Shown here piece after piece: positions 42,501 through 50,840 of a DNA stretch of 64,000 bases; within the stretch, counting starts at the first letter, position 1; each line of letters opens with the position of its first letter. The notes under the pieces were generated by a model. That model saw only the letters and a list, made by a program, of their open reading frames with translations, searched no databases and had not been told where the DNA came from. The DNA comes from Pseudomonadota bacterium (GTDB lineage: Bacteria; Pseudomonadota; Gammaproteobacteria; Nevskiales; Nevskiaceae): positions 6-64,005 of the forward strand of contig JAZKEM010000040.1 in the NCBI GenBank assembly GCA_040387055.1, in the 5' to 3' direction. Made by a program: the position numbers and the translations under genes.

Positions 42501-43847
42501 CTTAAGTACTTGGCCGCCCGTTGAAATGGCCGCGACCACGCGTGCAAGCGTGGACTTCAGCGAACTCAGCGGGTTGAAGCGACCAGTGACGCCATCGAGA
42601 GTGCCGGAAATTCCTTCGCCACGCCAAGGGAAGTACAGCCATGAATAATTTGGACTGCCGCTGGGGTAGTTATAGAAGAAAATATTGACGAGCTTGTCAC
42701 TGCCACCCAAGCCGGGGCCATTATTGTTGACGAAACTCGTCGCCCCGAAATTGGTGGAAGGCGGTATGGTTGGAAATGACGTCAACGGGTTTGCAATCGC
42801 GGATATTGACGCGCCGTTCAGCTCATAGAGCTTCACGATTTCACCAATCACGGGACTGCCGCTGACACCTGTTTCAGCTTTGGTTGTCAGTAGCAGCGTA
42901 TTTGAAACAAAATGTGCGCTTAACTTATAGGCTGATGTAAACGCGCCGCCAGGCGTGCCGATATCCGTGAACGTATCGCCCACTCTGCGAATGACTGTCC
43001 AGCCCACGAGCGTAGTGCTGGTGTTGTTGTTCTTGGCAGTGACCAGATAATTGCTGTCAGGGCTCCACTCCATAAACCGATTCGGGAGGGAGCCAGTCGT
43101 GTTGACGTTGATACTGGTCAGTAAGGTGAACGCTCCCCCATCAACCTTATAGATTCTGAGGTTGCCATCATTACGGACCGCCAAGTAATTCCCATCGGGC
43201 GACCACTCAACGGAAAGGCTGTTGCTGTAGGCCGAGAGTCCGGAGAGGTTAATGAATGGGACATACGTGTCGCCGCTTTTCGCGTAGATCGGCACGTACG
43301 GAACAGCATATCTTGCGAAGGCGAGGTACTGCCCGTTTGGGCTTAGTTCCGCAGACAAAGTTGAAGCCAGCGTAAGCTCTTGAGTCAGCGATACGATGTC
43401 ATCATCGATGATTTTATAAAAGTAGAACTTACTGGTGTTGCCGTTGTAAACCAGAAATGAATGTTCTACCTGGCTCCAAACTGCGTCAGTGACGTAATCA
43501 ACAGGAAGATCGCTTGGCGGGTCCAGTTGTACAAACGTATCGTCGGTGCGCTTGAAAACAGTCAGCTTCGGACTGTTGTTGTAGTTGAAAATTAAAAGAT
43601 ACAGCCCGTCAGCACTCCATCGGCAAGTCAGAGAATCTTGCGTGATGAACGAGGCACCTAGATTTGAGAACTGATACAGGTTGCCGATCAGTTCATCATA
43701 AGTGGCGGTCAATCCGTTCCACTTATAGACGGAAACAACATACACGCTACCTGTGTAGCTGAGCTTTGTTGCGTAGAGCCCATCAGAAGTCGCACCGTTG
43801 TTCACCGCGACCGGCGATTCTCCAGCTTTGAAAAGCTGAATTGCCAC
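39504..43847 (-). CDS. Virion-operon protein with three tandem beta-propeller (PD40/TolB-like repeat) modules and a distinct C-terminal domain (1447 aa)
   Basis: There are twelve copies of [WLI]S[PA][DN][GS].Y[LV] followed ~20 aa later by (F/Y)(K/R)R.(D/G)D.F, arranged 4+4+4 (aa 77-300, 556-735, 911-1085). A Pro-rich linker GEEPEPPEPSPNP separates modules 2 and 3. Confidence 0.8.
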   Translation of the reverse strand: MAIQLFKAGESPVAVNNGATSDGLYATKLSYTGSVYVVSVYKWNGLTATYDELIGNLYQFSNLGASFITQDSLTCRWSADGLYLLIFNYNNSPKLTVFKRTDDTFVQLDPPSDLPVDYVTDAVWSQVEHSFLVYNGNTSKFYFYKIIDDDIVSLTQELTLASTLSAELSPNGQYLAFARYAVPYVPIYAKSGDTYVPFINLSGLSAYSNSLSVEWSPDGNYLAVRNDGNLRIYKVDGGAFTLLTSINVNTTGSLPNRFMEWSPDSNYLVTAKNNNTSTTLVGWTVIRRVGDTFTDIGTPGGAFTSAYKLSAHFVSNTLLLTTKAETGVSGSPVIGEIVKLYELNGASISAIANPLTSFPTIPPSTNFGATSFVNNNGPGLGGSDKLVNIFFYNYPSGSPNYSWLYFPWRGEGISGTLDGVTGRFNPLSSLKSTLARVVAAISTGGQVLKTLGNVSPEILGAGQMAPTLEDLGSAFVAPAPDPSGYFIEHLRDFNVPADTFYPPSFSNDDEFVALGIGEVPYVKIFRKNATSYTAIANSLYPPVDSITSSSFVNAVLSPDGNYLAVALQDGSPDTGLLLYKRSGSFFNRIDGPDVSATYSYSGGLAWSPDGTYLAASCADAGGSLIVFKRTDDAFTKLDIPPYPADAVAVDMAWSPDGVYLAVAGYSDVDADWLAILKRTDDNFEALDTIDEQPDGYTGLFPSWSPDGVYVAVGNSGGSSPVLVYSRDGDNFTRIGDPAPEAANSGRTTSFSPAFPLFASGFNGGDSSQTLGIYTVNDGFVRRSELPETRPSGSIFDTFAAFGQAAFGAVWKNDSQAILSFYRTFGEEPEPPEPSPNPVTHIADFTTGGFAGNGFCPPSFAAGDAFLVTAVNNAVPPVRVFKRVVDSFVELADCLSPAPSDVGIYDLYHAKISPDGNYLAVSGGGDTRLAIYKRDGDSFIRLPDAPDIQASSYCAELAWSPDSTYLSATVDDSEASLFVYKRTGDVFNKLPTPSYTAPNFASEHAWSPDGTYLAVGGYGTDKLTIFKRDGDDFTALYPDIAPDSLDNVVTPTWSADGNYLAVSNLPSDPANVLPDVIVYRRDGDTFTKVNDSWPTSGAEYRGLSYSRLFPYLATGTALSTDPENALVIYLVDGETYQPKEDIPDQRPDFLGGAVQRRCVVTFGERYLAVVSTDSDEFSTPVGSILSLYLIENTGGVLSLQSIIEASDDTRTILGLLLGDLIHADSAMVTRMIQQLSALSMAELDQLLSLQMTKTAFLIDHPQLDDSVSAMLRASLSISDIANIDAVLFIEGQPYAAWVVNTESGAPSEYQNWNFDSMCRLGDRYYAVSDAGLFLLEGDDDQGAEIAASIRTGDMDFGSAQIKRPLEAHIGYTANGDLVLKVTVEHEGERSEYWYRCNKPVNGTATEAKINLGKGLASRHWQFELMNVNGADFEFEAIHLQMLELSRRI

Positions 43848-43850
43848 GGC

Positions 43851-44261
43851 TTACGGGTTTCCTTCCGTCAGTGCTGCGGTAGCGATTGCAACGGTGTTGC
43901 CGGAAAGGATGTTGATGCTGATCAGCTCAATGTCGGCGCCAGAGCCAGCAGGACCAACTACGAGATCCATGACAAAGTTGCCAGCGGAATCTTGAACGCG
44001 TGCCCAGGTGGCAGTGCCGTTCGCTGCGCCAACACCGCTCGCGATTGCATTGAAGCTGAGTACGCCATCTGCAGCAGCAGGAGCACTTGGATCTGCAAAG
44101 GTCAGCGTTGCAAGCAGCGTCTGCGTTGTGATGGCAGCGCCAGCAGCAGGCTTCGGGACGGTGTAGAACTTCAGCGTGCCAGCACCGGAACCAGCATCAA
44201 TGGCTGCAGCGATTGGATTGAGCCGCGCATTGCGCAGGGCCGTGGACATGGAAATAGACAT
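43851..44261 (-). CDS. Small conserved virion-associated protein (136 aa, start MSISMSTAL)
   Basis: GGAG lies 7 nt upstream of the ATG at 44261. The overall pattern resembles 63304..63735 and a common podophage small-protein family. Confidence 0.55.
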   Translation of the reverse strand: MSISMSTALRNARLNPIAAAIDAGSGAGTLKFYTVPKPAAGAAITTQTLLATLTFADPSAPAAADGVLSFNAIASGVGAANGTATWARVQDSAGNFVMDLVVGPAGSGADIELISINILSGNTVAIATAALTEGNP

Positions 44262-44328
44262 TGGTGTCTCCGATAGGCTTACACGGTCGATGATGTCTCC
44301 CGCGCAGCACACCCATCCACAACCGGCA

Positions 44329-45891
44329 CTATTTCTTTTTGCCTTCCTCGGGCTCGAATACGGCGAGGGCGCGAATGACGCTTGTTCCCAGCTCCACATC
44401 ATCATCCGGGTTGTAGTCATCTTCAGTCAGCTTGATGGCTGTTTTGATATTCCAGCCAATCGCGCCACCGCCTTCAGATGCAGGCTTGTGAATGAAGAGT
44501 GTTGGGATCAAGTCGTACTCTTCCTCGAGTTCAGTGAGGCTGAACGTCGCTACTTGCCCTTCAGAGCGAATGACACGGGTGCCATCAATCAGCGGAACAG
44601 AGTGTTGACCGACTCTTAATCCACCGATGCCGTTTACCGGGTAGTTCAGGTACGCATTGGGCGAGCCAGCGTTAAAGCATCTGACGCCCCACATGGCCCG
44701 GCCTGAATCATTCACGGAAAGCCAGTCATTGAAGAAGAACGTCCCTCCAGAAACCAGCATGTTGCGTCCGGTCTGGCCAAATCCATTGACCGATGCAACG
44801 GCAGTGAGTGGTTCATAGCCATCCCAAGGCGACGTCGTGAATCCCGCCGGCGCATCAAGCGTTCCGCCGCCCAGAGGAAAGGTGATCGCATCCGTCGTAT
44901 AACCCGGAATGCCGCCACTGCCGACGGGCTTCGCAGGCACTTTATGCTCAAGTGGGGTCGTGCCGTCTTCATCGAGCTTGGTGACGATGGATCCAAACCC
45001 AAAGCACGACAACAACTGTTTGCCGTCTTCGCTGATAACAGGGTCGAGTACTCGCGGCTGTCGCGCTTCACCGAAGGATGCTGACTCGCAATCCCACTCC
45101 CACGTGCCGACATCAGTGGGCGCGTCGCTTGGATCGGTGTACGTGTACGACTTGACCGAGAATCGGTGAATGGTCCCGTCAATGACCAAATGCTTTCTAT
45201 AAAACAAAGGCAGCTTCGGATGATGATTGCGACTACCGACAGTGCTTCGTGCATACGATTGCACTTGCTCCCCTGTGAAATACGATATCGAGCCGTCAGT
45301 CGAGTCGTACAGCGCTGAATCAATGCTGGCGATGACGTACTTGTTCGCATCTTGCGTAGCGTAGAAATCGTTGAATCCTGTCCATGATGGATCCCAGCCA
45401 GGCACGAACGCATCTTCACGAATCAGCTTGAGTTGTCCTGTCTTTGGATCTGCCTTGAAGACAAGAATCGCGGTCTCGCACAAAACTACGATCTGGTTGC
45501 CATGGCCGAAGTTATCGACTCGCAGCGGTGCGTAGTCGAGAGTGAATGGCATCCCTGCAATCGGTGTTGCAGCATCACTGCCGCGCTTGATCTTCCAGCC
45601 CATCGCCCGGTGTTCACCGTAGTAGGTGAATCCACCGAAGAGATAGACGAAGTACCAGCCATCGGTTTCGATCTGTACGACGTTACGGACATCAATCTCA
45701 ACAATCCGCACGTCGCCGTAGTAGCGAGTGCGGATCACTGTTCCGTCTTCAAACTTCCATGTCTTCGCGCCCCGCGATTGGCCAAGATAGGCCTCAGTGC
45801 GACCAAGAAGAGTGCGCGCTATCGACAACCGTTGCGATGCAATCTTCTCGTCGCCCTGATACCTGAAGTGGATCGGGGCAGTGACACGCAT
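44329..45891 (-). CDS. Putative tail/virion structural protein (520 aa)
   Basis: Long ORF in the virion operon with TAATG-type coupling to the upstream gene. No motif recognised. Confidence 0.6.
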   Translation of the reverse strand: MRVTAPIHFRYQGDEKIASQRLSIARTLLGRTEAYLGQSRGAKTWKFEDGTVIRTRYYGDVRIVEIDVRNVVQIETDGWYFVYLFGGFTYYGEHRAMGWKIKRGSDAATPIAGMPFTLDYAPLRVDNFGHGNQIVVLCETAILVFKADPKTGQLKLIREDAFVPGWDPSWTGFNDFYATQDANKYVIASIDSALYDSTDGSISYFTGEQVQSYARSTVGSRNHHPKLPLFYRKHLVIDGTIHRFSVKSYTYTDPSDAPTDVGTWEWDCESASFGEARQPRVLDPVISEDGKQLLSCFGFGSIVTKLDEDGTTPLEHKVPAKPVGSGGIPGYTTDAITFPLGGGTLDAPAGFTTSPWDGYEPLTAVASVNGFGQTGRNMLVSGGTFFFNDWLSVNDSGRAMWGVRCFNAGSPNAYLNYPVNGIGGLRVGQHSVPLIDGTRVIRSEGQVATFSLTELEEEYDLIPTLFIHKPASEGGGAIGWNIKTAIKLTEDDYNPDDDVELGTSVIRALAVFEPEEGKKK

Positions 45892-46490
45892 TACGTCGAG
45901 GTCAGACCGATCTCATAGCCGACGTTGAGATTGTCGGTCGGCTCGTAGTCGCGCTTATTCTGGAAGCGTGCGGCTGCGAGCAGAATGCCAGTGGATCCGC
46001 CTTTTTCGCTGGACGAAATGATCGCGCCGCCGTACACCGACCCGACTTCATTCATCGTGTATGCCGCCTCGTTGGTGAGGTTGGACGACACGCCATCGAT
46101 TGCATCGCCTACCAGAAAGGATGGGCGGTCTGCTTCGTCATAGTCGGTAATCTCAGTGGCAACCGCGGCAAAGTTCGCAGCGGTCCACGTATCACCTTGC
46201 GGAGTGACGTCCCCAGAGAACAGCGCCATGTACCAATCTGTGATCTGCGATTCGTTGTGCAGCACCACGTTCAGCATGTGATTGCGACCTTCGCGAACCA
46301 CCGTGTTCGGATGCAGGCTGACAGGGCCGCCATTGCACGAAAGCGAGAATACGCCGCGCAACGCGATGCGCTCCTTTGGAAGGAACAGGCCGCCGTCTGC
46401 CATCTGTTCGTATCGATTCTGGAGCAGTTTGCGAATCAGCGAGGCTTTGACGCGCGCGGAGAGTTTGTTAAAAGTAGTTTCGATGCTCAT
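45891..46490 (-). CDS. Putative virion structural protein (199 aa)
   Basis: Operon context only. Confidence 0.55.
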   Translation of the reverse strand: MSIETTFNKLSARVKASLIRKLLQNRYEQMADGGLFLPKERIALRGVFSLSCNGGPVSLHPNTVVREGRNHMLNVVLHNESQITDWYMALFSGDVTPQGDTWTAANFAAVATEITDYDEADRPSFLVGDAIDGVSSNLTNEAAYTMNEVGSVYGGAIISSSEKGGSTGILLAAARFQNKRDYEPTDNLNVGYEIGLTST

Positions 46491-46500
46491 GTGTATCTCC

Positions 46501-47799
46501 TTAAACAGCTACGCCGTTGCGAATGACTTTGAGGGTGATGGCATCACGCGCAGCGAGCGGAGAACCGTTGTCGCCGCCACGAAACACGCTGATGAGTTGT
46601 TGGAGCTGGTCTTGCTCGCGCAGGAGCAATGAACCGGAAGAGAATTTGGGAAGAGCCAGGCGCCCTTTGGTGATTGGTGTGATAACGCCACTCGCACCGC
46701 CGCGCATCAACACGCCGTTGTTCGACCACCAGACGGCAGCCTTCTCATTGGGTGGAAGCTTCAAGCCGAACGTGACGCCACGTGTGTCTTGCAGGGTGTT
46801 TTCGACTACACCGAACGCATCAACGGGTAGTTGCTGCATGTCCTTGGGATCATTGCCGCCAAGGAAATACGCACCGCGCTGAGTGCCCACATAGATCCCG
46901 TCGTCAACAGCAGCGACGCCCGTGATGCGATGTGGGAAGCGGAAATAGGTTTGGTGAATCCTGAACTGGCCGTAACGCAAGGCCAGTGTGTAATACAGCG
47001 TGTCGCCAATCGCGAAGTAGATGCGGCCGCGATAGCTGCACAAGAATGACGACGCAGGAATCTTGTCGCAGAACTGTGTGTCTAGCAGCTTGCCCATCTG
47101 AGCGATGTGCGAGCGATCAATCGTGAAGCTGGTAATGCCGTACGGGATGCGTGCAACGTGATACAGCGCTTCGCCGTTTGGTGGCGAGCAATAAATATTG
47201 ATGGCGTGATCAGGCGCAGTCTGTGGAATCGTGCTCAGCGTGATTCCGCCGTCGGCCGACACAGCAACAACGGCTGCACGACCGGTGCCAGACTCTTCGC
47301 CGCTTGGTGCAACTGCCGTGATGGCTACTTGATAACGTCCAGCATCAAGGCCCCAGCCAGTAGTCGCAGAGAGGGCAGGCTGACCGCCCGGGCTATCAAC
47401 GCCCCAAGATTGCAGCGCACCCAAGCGATCGATGCGTGCGGTGGTGAGACCGTTGGACGCATAGATCGAGTTATTCATTTCGCAGTAACGCCAGCGATTG
47501 CTAGAAACAACCTGCATCAGCGGGGTTAATGACTCGAAGCCGTCGACCAGTTCGAATCGCGTGAGGCTATTTTCATAGACCATCAGTGCAAACGACCAAT
47601 CTTCAGCAGCCCAAAGACTGTGTCCGCTGCCTGATTGAATTGATTGATATCCATTGCGGCGACGTGGCTTGCCACTCACTGGAATATCGACGTTCACGGC
47701 ACTGCGAAGAGCCCGGGCTGACTGCAGCTCCTTCAGGTTCTTCACGTTGTTTACGCCGGATGGCCAGCTCGTTAAATCAACTGGATTGCGCGTGGCCAT
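46501..47799 (-). CDS. Putative tail/virion structural protein (432 aa)
   Basis: Operon context only. Confidence 0.6.
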   Translation of the reverse strand: MATRNPVDLTSWPSGVNNVKNLKELQSARALRSAVNVDIPVSGKPRRRNGYQSIQSGSGHSLWAAEDWSFALMVYENSLTRFELVDGFESLTPLMQVVSSNRWRYCEMNNSIYASNGLTTARIDRLGALQSWGVDSPGGQPALSATTGWGLDAGRYQVAITAVAPSGEESGTGRAAVVAVSADGGITLSTIPQTAPDHAINIYCSPPNGEALYHVARIPYGITSFTIDRSHIAQMGKLLDTQFCDKIPASSFLCSYRGRIYFAIGDTLYYTLALRYGQFRIHQTYFRFPHRITGVAAVDDGIYVGTQRGAYFLGGNDPKDMQQLPVDAFGVVENTLQDTRGVTFGLKLPPNEKAAVWWSNNGVLMRGGASGVITPITKGRLALPKFSSGSLLLREQDQLQQLISVFRGGDNGSPLAARDAITLKVIRNGVAV

Positions 47800-47802
47800 G
47801 CG

Positions 47803-48462
47803 TCACCAGATCGGTTTGCAGACGGGCACCTTCTTCAGGCGACGTGTGCGCTGATGATTTGCGGTCGGTCGTTCACCAAAGATTGCCGTGAAGCGTGCTT
47901 CGTGATCATTAGCGCGAGGCTTGTCCTGCGAATCTGAATCACGACGCATGAAGCAAAGATGTGCAGCCCATTCAATTAAGTGAATTTGGAAGCGCTCTGG
48001 AATCTCGGGTTCGTCATCGGCAGCATCCATCGGCTCCAGAGGGAGACGATAGACAGCCAGCATTAGACTTGTATTGACGGTCGGTGTCGGATGGACGCCG
48101 AGATAATCAATCTCGTCATAGAAGAAACGCGGCTGACCTTTGCAGCTTGGCCAGCGTCCGTCGTATTCAGCATCGAGTGTTTCGATACTGGTGCGGCTTA
48201 GAGAACGACGCTCACCCGATATCAGGCCATACACACGCTGAACGTGGGTGATGAGCGGATCAAGCTCTACTTCGTTTTCGTTTGCTGCGACGGTGACTTT
48301 GGTAATGATCGAATCTTTGTCAGGGATGAGGCGTGCACGGATGCACGCCTCTACCTGTGCTTCATTCAGATATGCCGTGAGCTTGTCGTCTTGCCATAGG
48401 TAAGGCTTCGCGACGTCATCAAGAATGACGCGCAGCCCACCAATGATGTCCTTAAGCTTCAC
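47803..48462 (-). CDS. Putative head-tail adaptor/head-completion protein (219 aa)
   Basis: Its position is downstream of the capsid genes. The N-terminal ...PYLWQDDKLTAYLNEAQVEACIRA pattern resembles adaptor proteins. Weak call. Confidence 0.35.
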   Translation of the reverse strand: MKLKDIIGGLRVILDDVAKPYLWQDDKLTAYLNEAQVEACIRARLIPDKDSIITKVTVAANENEVELDPLITHVQRVYGLISGERRSLSRTSIETLDAEYDGRWPSCKGQPRFFYDEIDYLGVHPTPTVNTSLMLAVYRLPLEPMDAADDEPEIPERFQIHLIEWAAHLCFMRRDSDSQDKPRANDHEARFTAIFGERPTANHQRTRRLKKVPVCKPIW

Positions 48463-48472
48463 GGCTCTGGCC

Positions 48473-48844
48473 TTAGCGCTGCTTCAGGTCAGATTCAATA
48501 ACGGACCAGTGCTGGTCGCGCTCTTCAGCAGTGACATCAAAGCCGACGGTCTTCGAAAGCTTGGCAAGGTCAGGCTTGTTGCTAGCGTCGAACAGATCGT
48601 CATCGTCAGAATCAAGCATCTTGTTCAGGCCTGCGACGATGTCATCCGCACGCTTCTTGTCTGCTTTGCTGACTTTCTTGCCGGTGCCGAGATCCAAGCC
48701 AATAGGCTCGCAGCCTTTGGAGATCGCTTCGCGGCGGAATTCTGGAGAAACAGGCGTGCCAGCCGGTTCATTGGTGACTGTGAGCGTGTGACCACTCAGC
48801 AGTGCAAGAGTAATGGGCTCGCGGCCCGGTGCTCGAAATTTCAT
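48473..48844 (-). CDS. Hypothetical virion-module protein (123 aa)
   Basis: Operon context. GGGAG lies upstream of the ATG. Confidence 0.55.
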   Translation of the reverse strand: MKFRAPGREPITLALLSGHTLTVTNEPAGTPVSPEFRREAISKGCEPIGLDLGTGKKVSKADKKRADDIVAGLNKMLDSDDDDLFDASNKPDLAKLSKTVGFDVTAEERDQHWSVIESDLKQR

Positions 48845-48857
48845 GGTGAACTCCCGT

Positions 48858-48888
48858 TTAAAAAAGGGGCGACAGAACTTGCCGCCCC
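48858..48888 (-). terminator. Rho-independent terminator after the 143-aa capsid-associated gene
   Basis: The minus strand reads GGGGCGGCAAGTTCTGTCGCCCC followed by TTTTTTAAA. Confidence 0.7.
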
Positions 48889-48904
48889 ATCAATGCAGAA
48901 CTAC

Positions 48905-49336
48905 TTAAGCGCCAGGTACACCAGCAGCGCGTGAGTCGAGGCCCTGCGTGTTGGTTACGCGACCTTCAACTACGTACTCAATGCGCACGCGTGCAGAGCC
49001 AGCCGTAGCAGCAGCGCCGGTCTGTGCGAACAGTGCTTTCAGGCGTTCAACGACCGTGTGCTTGAAACCAGTCAAGGTCAGAGCAGTGCGGCCCAGCGTC
49101 TTGAGATCGATGGCGGCCAAGGTGTAGCGGTCGTCATCGGCTGCGTCACCGAGTTTGAAAGTTGCGGTCGTTGCCGAATTCCAAGCAGTGGTGACAGTGA
49201 TGTCGCCACCAACAAGAATTGCGTTCGCCGGAACTTCGATGGCTTCTTCAGCCGCACCATAAGCAGTGGGGTCGTCGAAGTTGATGTTGATGCTGGCGGA
49301 CAAAATCGTCTGTCGGCCGGATTTGAGCTTGATCAT
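48905..49336 (-). CDS. Putative capsid decoration/accessory protein (143 aa)
   Basis: Lies immediately downstream of the major capsid gene with AAAGGAG upstream. The sequence is beta-rich. Confidence 0.45.
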   Translation of the reverse strand: MIKLKSGRQTILSASININFDDPTAYGAAEEAIEVPANAILVGGDITVTTAWNSATTATFKLGDAADDDRYTLAAIDLKTLGRTALTLTGFKHTVVERLKALFAQTGAAATAGSARVRIEYVVEGRVTNTQGLDSRAAGVPGA

Positions 49337-49358
49337 TGAAATACTCCTTTCAAGGAAA

Positions 49359-49382
49359 GGGGCCGCACGTGAATGCGGCCCC
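49359..49382 (-). terminator. GC-rich hairpin (partial terminator) after the major capsid gene
   Basis: The minus strand reads GGGGCCGCA-TTCACG-TGCGGCCCC followed by TTTCCTT. Confidence 0.5.
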
Positions 49383-49390
49383 TGTTCTGG

Positions 49391-50494
49391 TTACGCGCCT
49401 TCGGCGTGGTCGATGGTTACGTTGCCGAAATCTTCAACCGACTTGTCGCAGCTCGAGTAGAACTGCGGCTTAAGCAGGCCAAACATCTTGTCGACGTTGA
49501 TGCCTTGCTTAGCGCCGTAATCGAAGTCCTTTTCGTTCCATTCAGGAGCGCCAAGGTCAGCCATGCCCATCGCTTGAGCGCCGCACAGCAGCGTGCGAGT
49601 GCCATCAACGTGGCCACCTGCACCCCACTTGCCGCCATCAGCAATGCCCTTCGTGGTGTAGACCAAGCGGTGTTCGTGGAACACGATGCCGTCAATGGTC
49701 ACGGTGCCGCCGGTGAACCAAGGCGAATCAGTGCCCTGCTTAGCTGCGACGTTGGTCACGGCGCGAACGTAGTCAGGATCCTGCTTGAGCTGCGCGAAAG
49801 AACCTGGGCGGAGCAAGCACACGAAGTACTCTTTACCGTCAGCCATCAGCGGACGGATGTAGTGCTCGTTTGCATAGGCTTTGGCTTTAACGATTGCCTT
49901 GTACGTCAGGCGATCCGTTGCAGCGATTGCGCCGGTGTTCGATGGCAGCAAGTTGCCGCCTTGGAACATCAATGCACGCTTGCTCGATGGTGGCTTCACG
50001 TCAGCAGCGAATGCCAATGAAGGGAAGGCCGAAGAGCTACGAGCACTGCCGTCAGTGTTGTACTGATAGCCGATGCCCGAGAGCGTCAGGATGCCGAGCT
50101 GATCGATACGATTGGCGAGCCAGTAGGCCAGACGATCTTTCGCAGTCTCGCGGAAGTTGATGACCGAACGCTGATCGGACATCTTGCCTTTGTTCTTAAC
50201 CGAGTGCGTCAGCAGATCGATGTTGATGATCTGACTGAAGGCCTGCATTGCTTCTTCGTTGCCTTCGCGATCACTGTCACCGGTCTGGCCGTCGTCCTGC
50301 AGTTCAGCAACGAGCTGGAAGATGCACTGCTCGCCCTTCTCAGTTTTGGTCAGTTCGGTAATGCGCTGAATCATCGAGCCCGAGGAAGAGCCGACGAACT
50401 TTTTGAGGTACATCTGATCGCGCGCGCCCTGCCACAGGTCGCGAGACCATACGAGTTTCTGTTTCGGCTGAAGAGCCGCAAAATTAGTTTCCAT
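49391..50494 (-). CDS. Major capsid protein (N4 gp56-like family suspected; 367 aa from METNFAAL)
   Basis: Its position is after the scaffold gene. METNFAALQPKQKLVWSRDLW...LVAELQDDGQTGDSDREGNEEAM resembles remembered N4-type MCP N-termini. GGAG lies 10 nt upstream of the ATG at 50494. Confidence 0.75.
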   Translation of the reverse strand: METNFAALQPKQKLVWSRDLWQGARDQMYLKKFVGSSSGSMIQRITELTKTEKGEQCIFQLVAELQDDGQTGDSDREGNEEAMQAFSQIINIDLLTHSVKNKGKMSDQRSVINFRETAKDRLAYWLANRIDQLGILTLSGIGYQYNTDGSARSSSAFPSLAFAADVKPPSSKRALMFQGGNLLPSNTGAIAATDRLTYKAIVKAKAYANEHYIRPLMADGKEYFVCLLRPGSFAQLKQDPDYVRAVTNVAAKQGTDSPWFTGGTVTIDGIVFHEHRLVYTTKGIADGGKWGAGGHVDGTRTLLCGAQAMGMADLGAPEWNEKDFDYGAKQGINVDKMFGLLKPQFYSSCDKSVEDFGNVTIDHAEGA

Positions 50495-50794
50495 GACGAA
50501 TGTCTCCGGAAGTGGGTTTAGTGCCTTCAGGCTCGCGAGTGCCTGCTTCCGCGGAGACATGGAATTCGGGTACGGCTCCAAGAGGCCGTCACTGCTGACG
50601 AGAGTGTTCCGACCCGGTTTACCGCCTCGGGTGTGGCGAATGCGCTGTAGTCAGCGAACCATGTTGAGCGACGGCCAGTTCATTACTGGACCGGGGAGTG
50701 ACGGCTGATAAATCTCCAGCCGCCGCTCAAACTCAGTGGACTATTAGTCCGTGGTGCAATCATCAAACCTATTCATGCAATCAATCCACAGCGC

Positions 50795-50822
50795 AAAAAA
50801 AAGCCCACCGATTTGGTGGGCT
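50795..50822 (-). terminator. Strong rho-independent terminator between scaffold and capsid genes
   Basis: The minus strand reads GCCCACC-AAATC-GGTGGGC followed by TTTTTTTT. Confidence 0.8.
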
Positions 50823-50840
50823 AGTAAGTGCATTGAAGTT

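Noticed and set aside
50495-50581. Longer capsid ORF start at 50581 (MEPYPNSMSPRK...)
   Set aside because: No ribosome-binding site is present there, whereas the ATG at 50494 has GGAG at -10 and begins the conserved-looking METNFAAL N-terminus. The longer form is not excluded.
50595-50602. CTGACGAG resembling the hammerhead ribozyme CUGANGA core in the capsid leader
   Set aside because: There is no properly placed GAAA or cleavage-site triplet and no three-stem arrangement around it. It also lies on the non-transcribed (+) strand relative to the late operon.
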